DNA of 64,000 bases from Eledone cirrhosa. Its lineage: Eukaryota. The position numbers were made by a program, and so were the translations under genes. The DNA is taken from positions 389,050,001 to 389,114,000 of the forward strand of contig OZ024741.1 of the NCBI GenBank assembly GCA_964016885.1, written 5' to 3'. The notes beneath the pieces were generated by a model. It did no database searches. It saw only the letters and a list, made by a program, of their open reading frames with translations, and was not told where the DNA came from. This document shows positions 63,689 through 64,000 of this stretch, piece after piece; position 1 is the stretch's first letter; each line of letters starts with the position of its first letter.

Positions 63689-63774
63689 TTTTATGGGTCA
63701 ATCAAAAAAAGAAAGGCACTGGTCATGACCTATTTTCTAGGCCTCTGGGACTGGTAGGCAAAATAGATGAAGAA

Positions 63775-63925
63775 ACATACTTATTTTGAAAATAATTAAG
63801 AATTTGGAGGAATTTAGTAATATAACAAACTTTCTCGCTATAAAGTTAGTGTGTGGAACATAACCTAATAAAGGTTCTTGGATAATATAAGCACTTTAAC
63901 AGGTAGTTTGGTATCAAAAGGATTA
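63775..63925. mobile_element. MITE family M partial copy
   Basis: tttggaggaatttagtaatataacaaactttctc...gtttggtatcaaaagg. Confidence 0.65.
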
Positions 63926-64000
63926 TGTATTAAACTGACAAAGTAATATTTCTTCATATATTTATAGGATATTTAAGATATCAGTAAATTTAATTTTTCA

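Overview
AT-rich, repeat-dominated eukaryotic DNA with no recognisable host-gene exon. The repeat repertoire (RTE LINEs with (GAT)n tails, tRNA-derived SINEs, long TA/TG microsatellites) suggests a cephalopod, probably Octopus; this assignment is an inference. The first ~42 kb is a transposon graveyard. It holds several RTE-clade LINE families, one of which has a C4HC3 PHD-finger-like domain inserted inside the reverse transcriptase. It also holds two SINE families, a non-autonomous Helitron with both termini, TTAA-flanked piggyBac-like MITEs, a Penelope-like remnant with a minimal hammerhead-ribozyme motif, and minisatellites. About 41.85-61.08 kb is a 31-bp pyrimidine-rich satellite array with kb-scale higher-order duplications. 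A young, GC-rich, 5'-truncated Tx1/L1-type non-LTR retrotransposon (45877-48960, uninterrupted 927-aa ORF2 remainder) sits inside the array with a 17-bp target-site duplication. The matching empty site is visible in the duplicated satellite block at 54057-54073. The very long ORFs in the satellite and microsatellites are artefacts.
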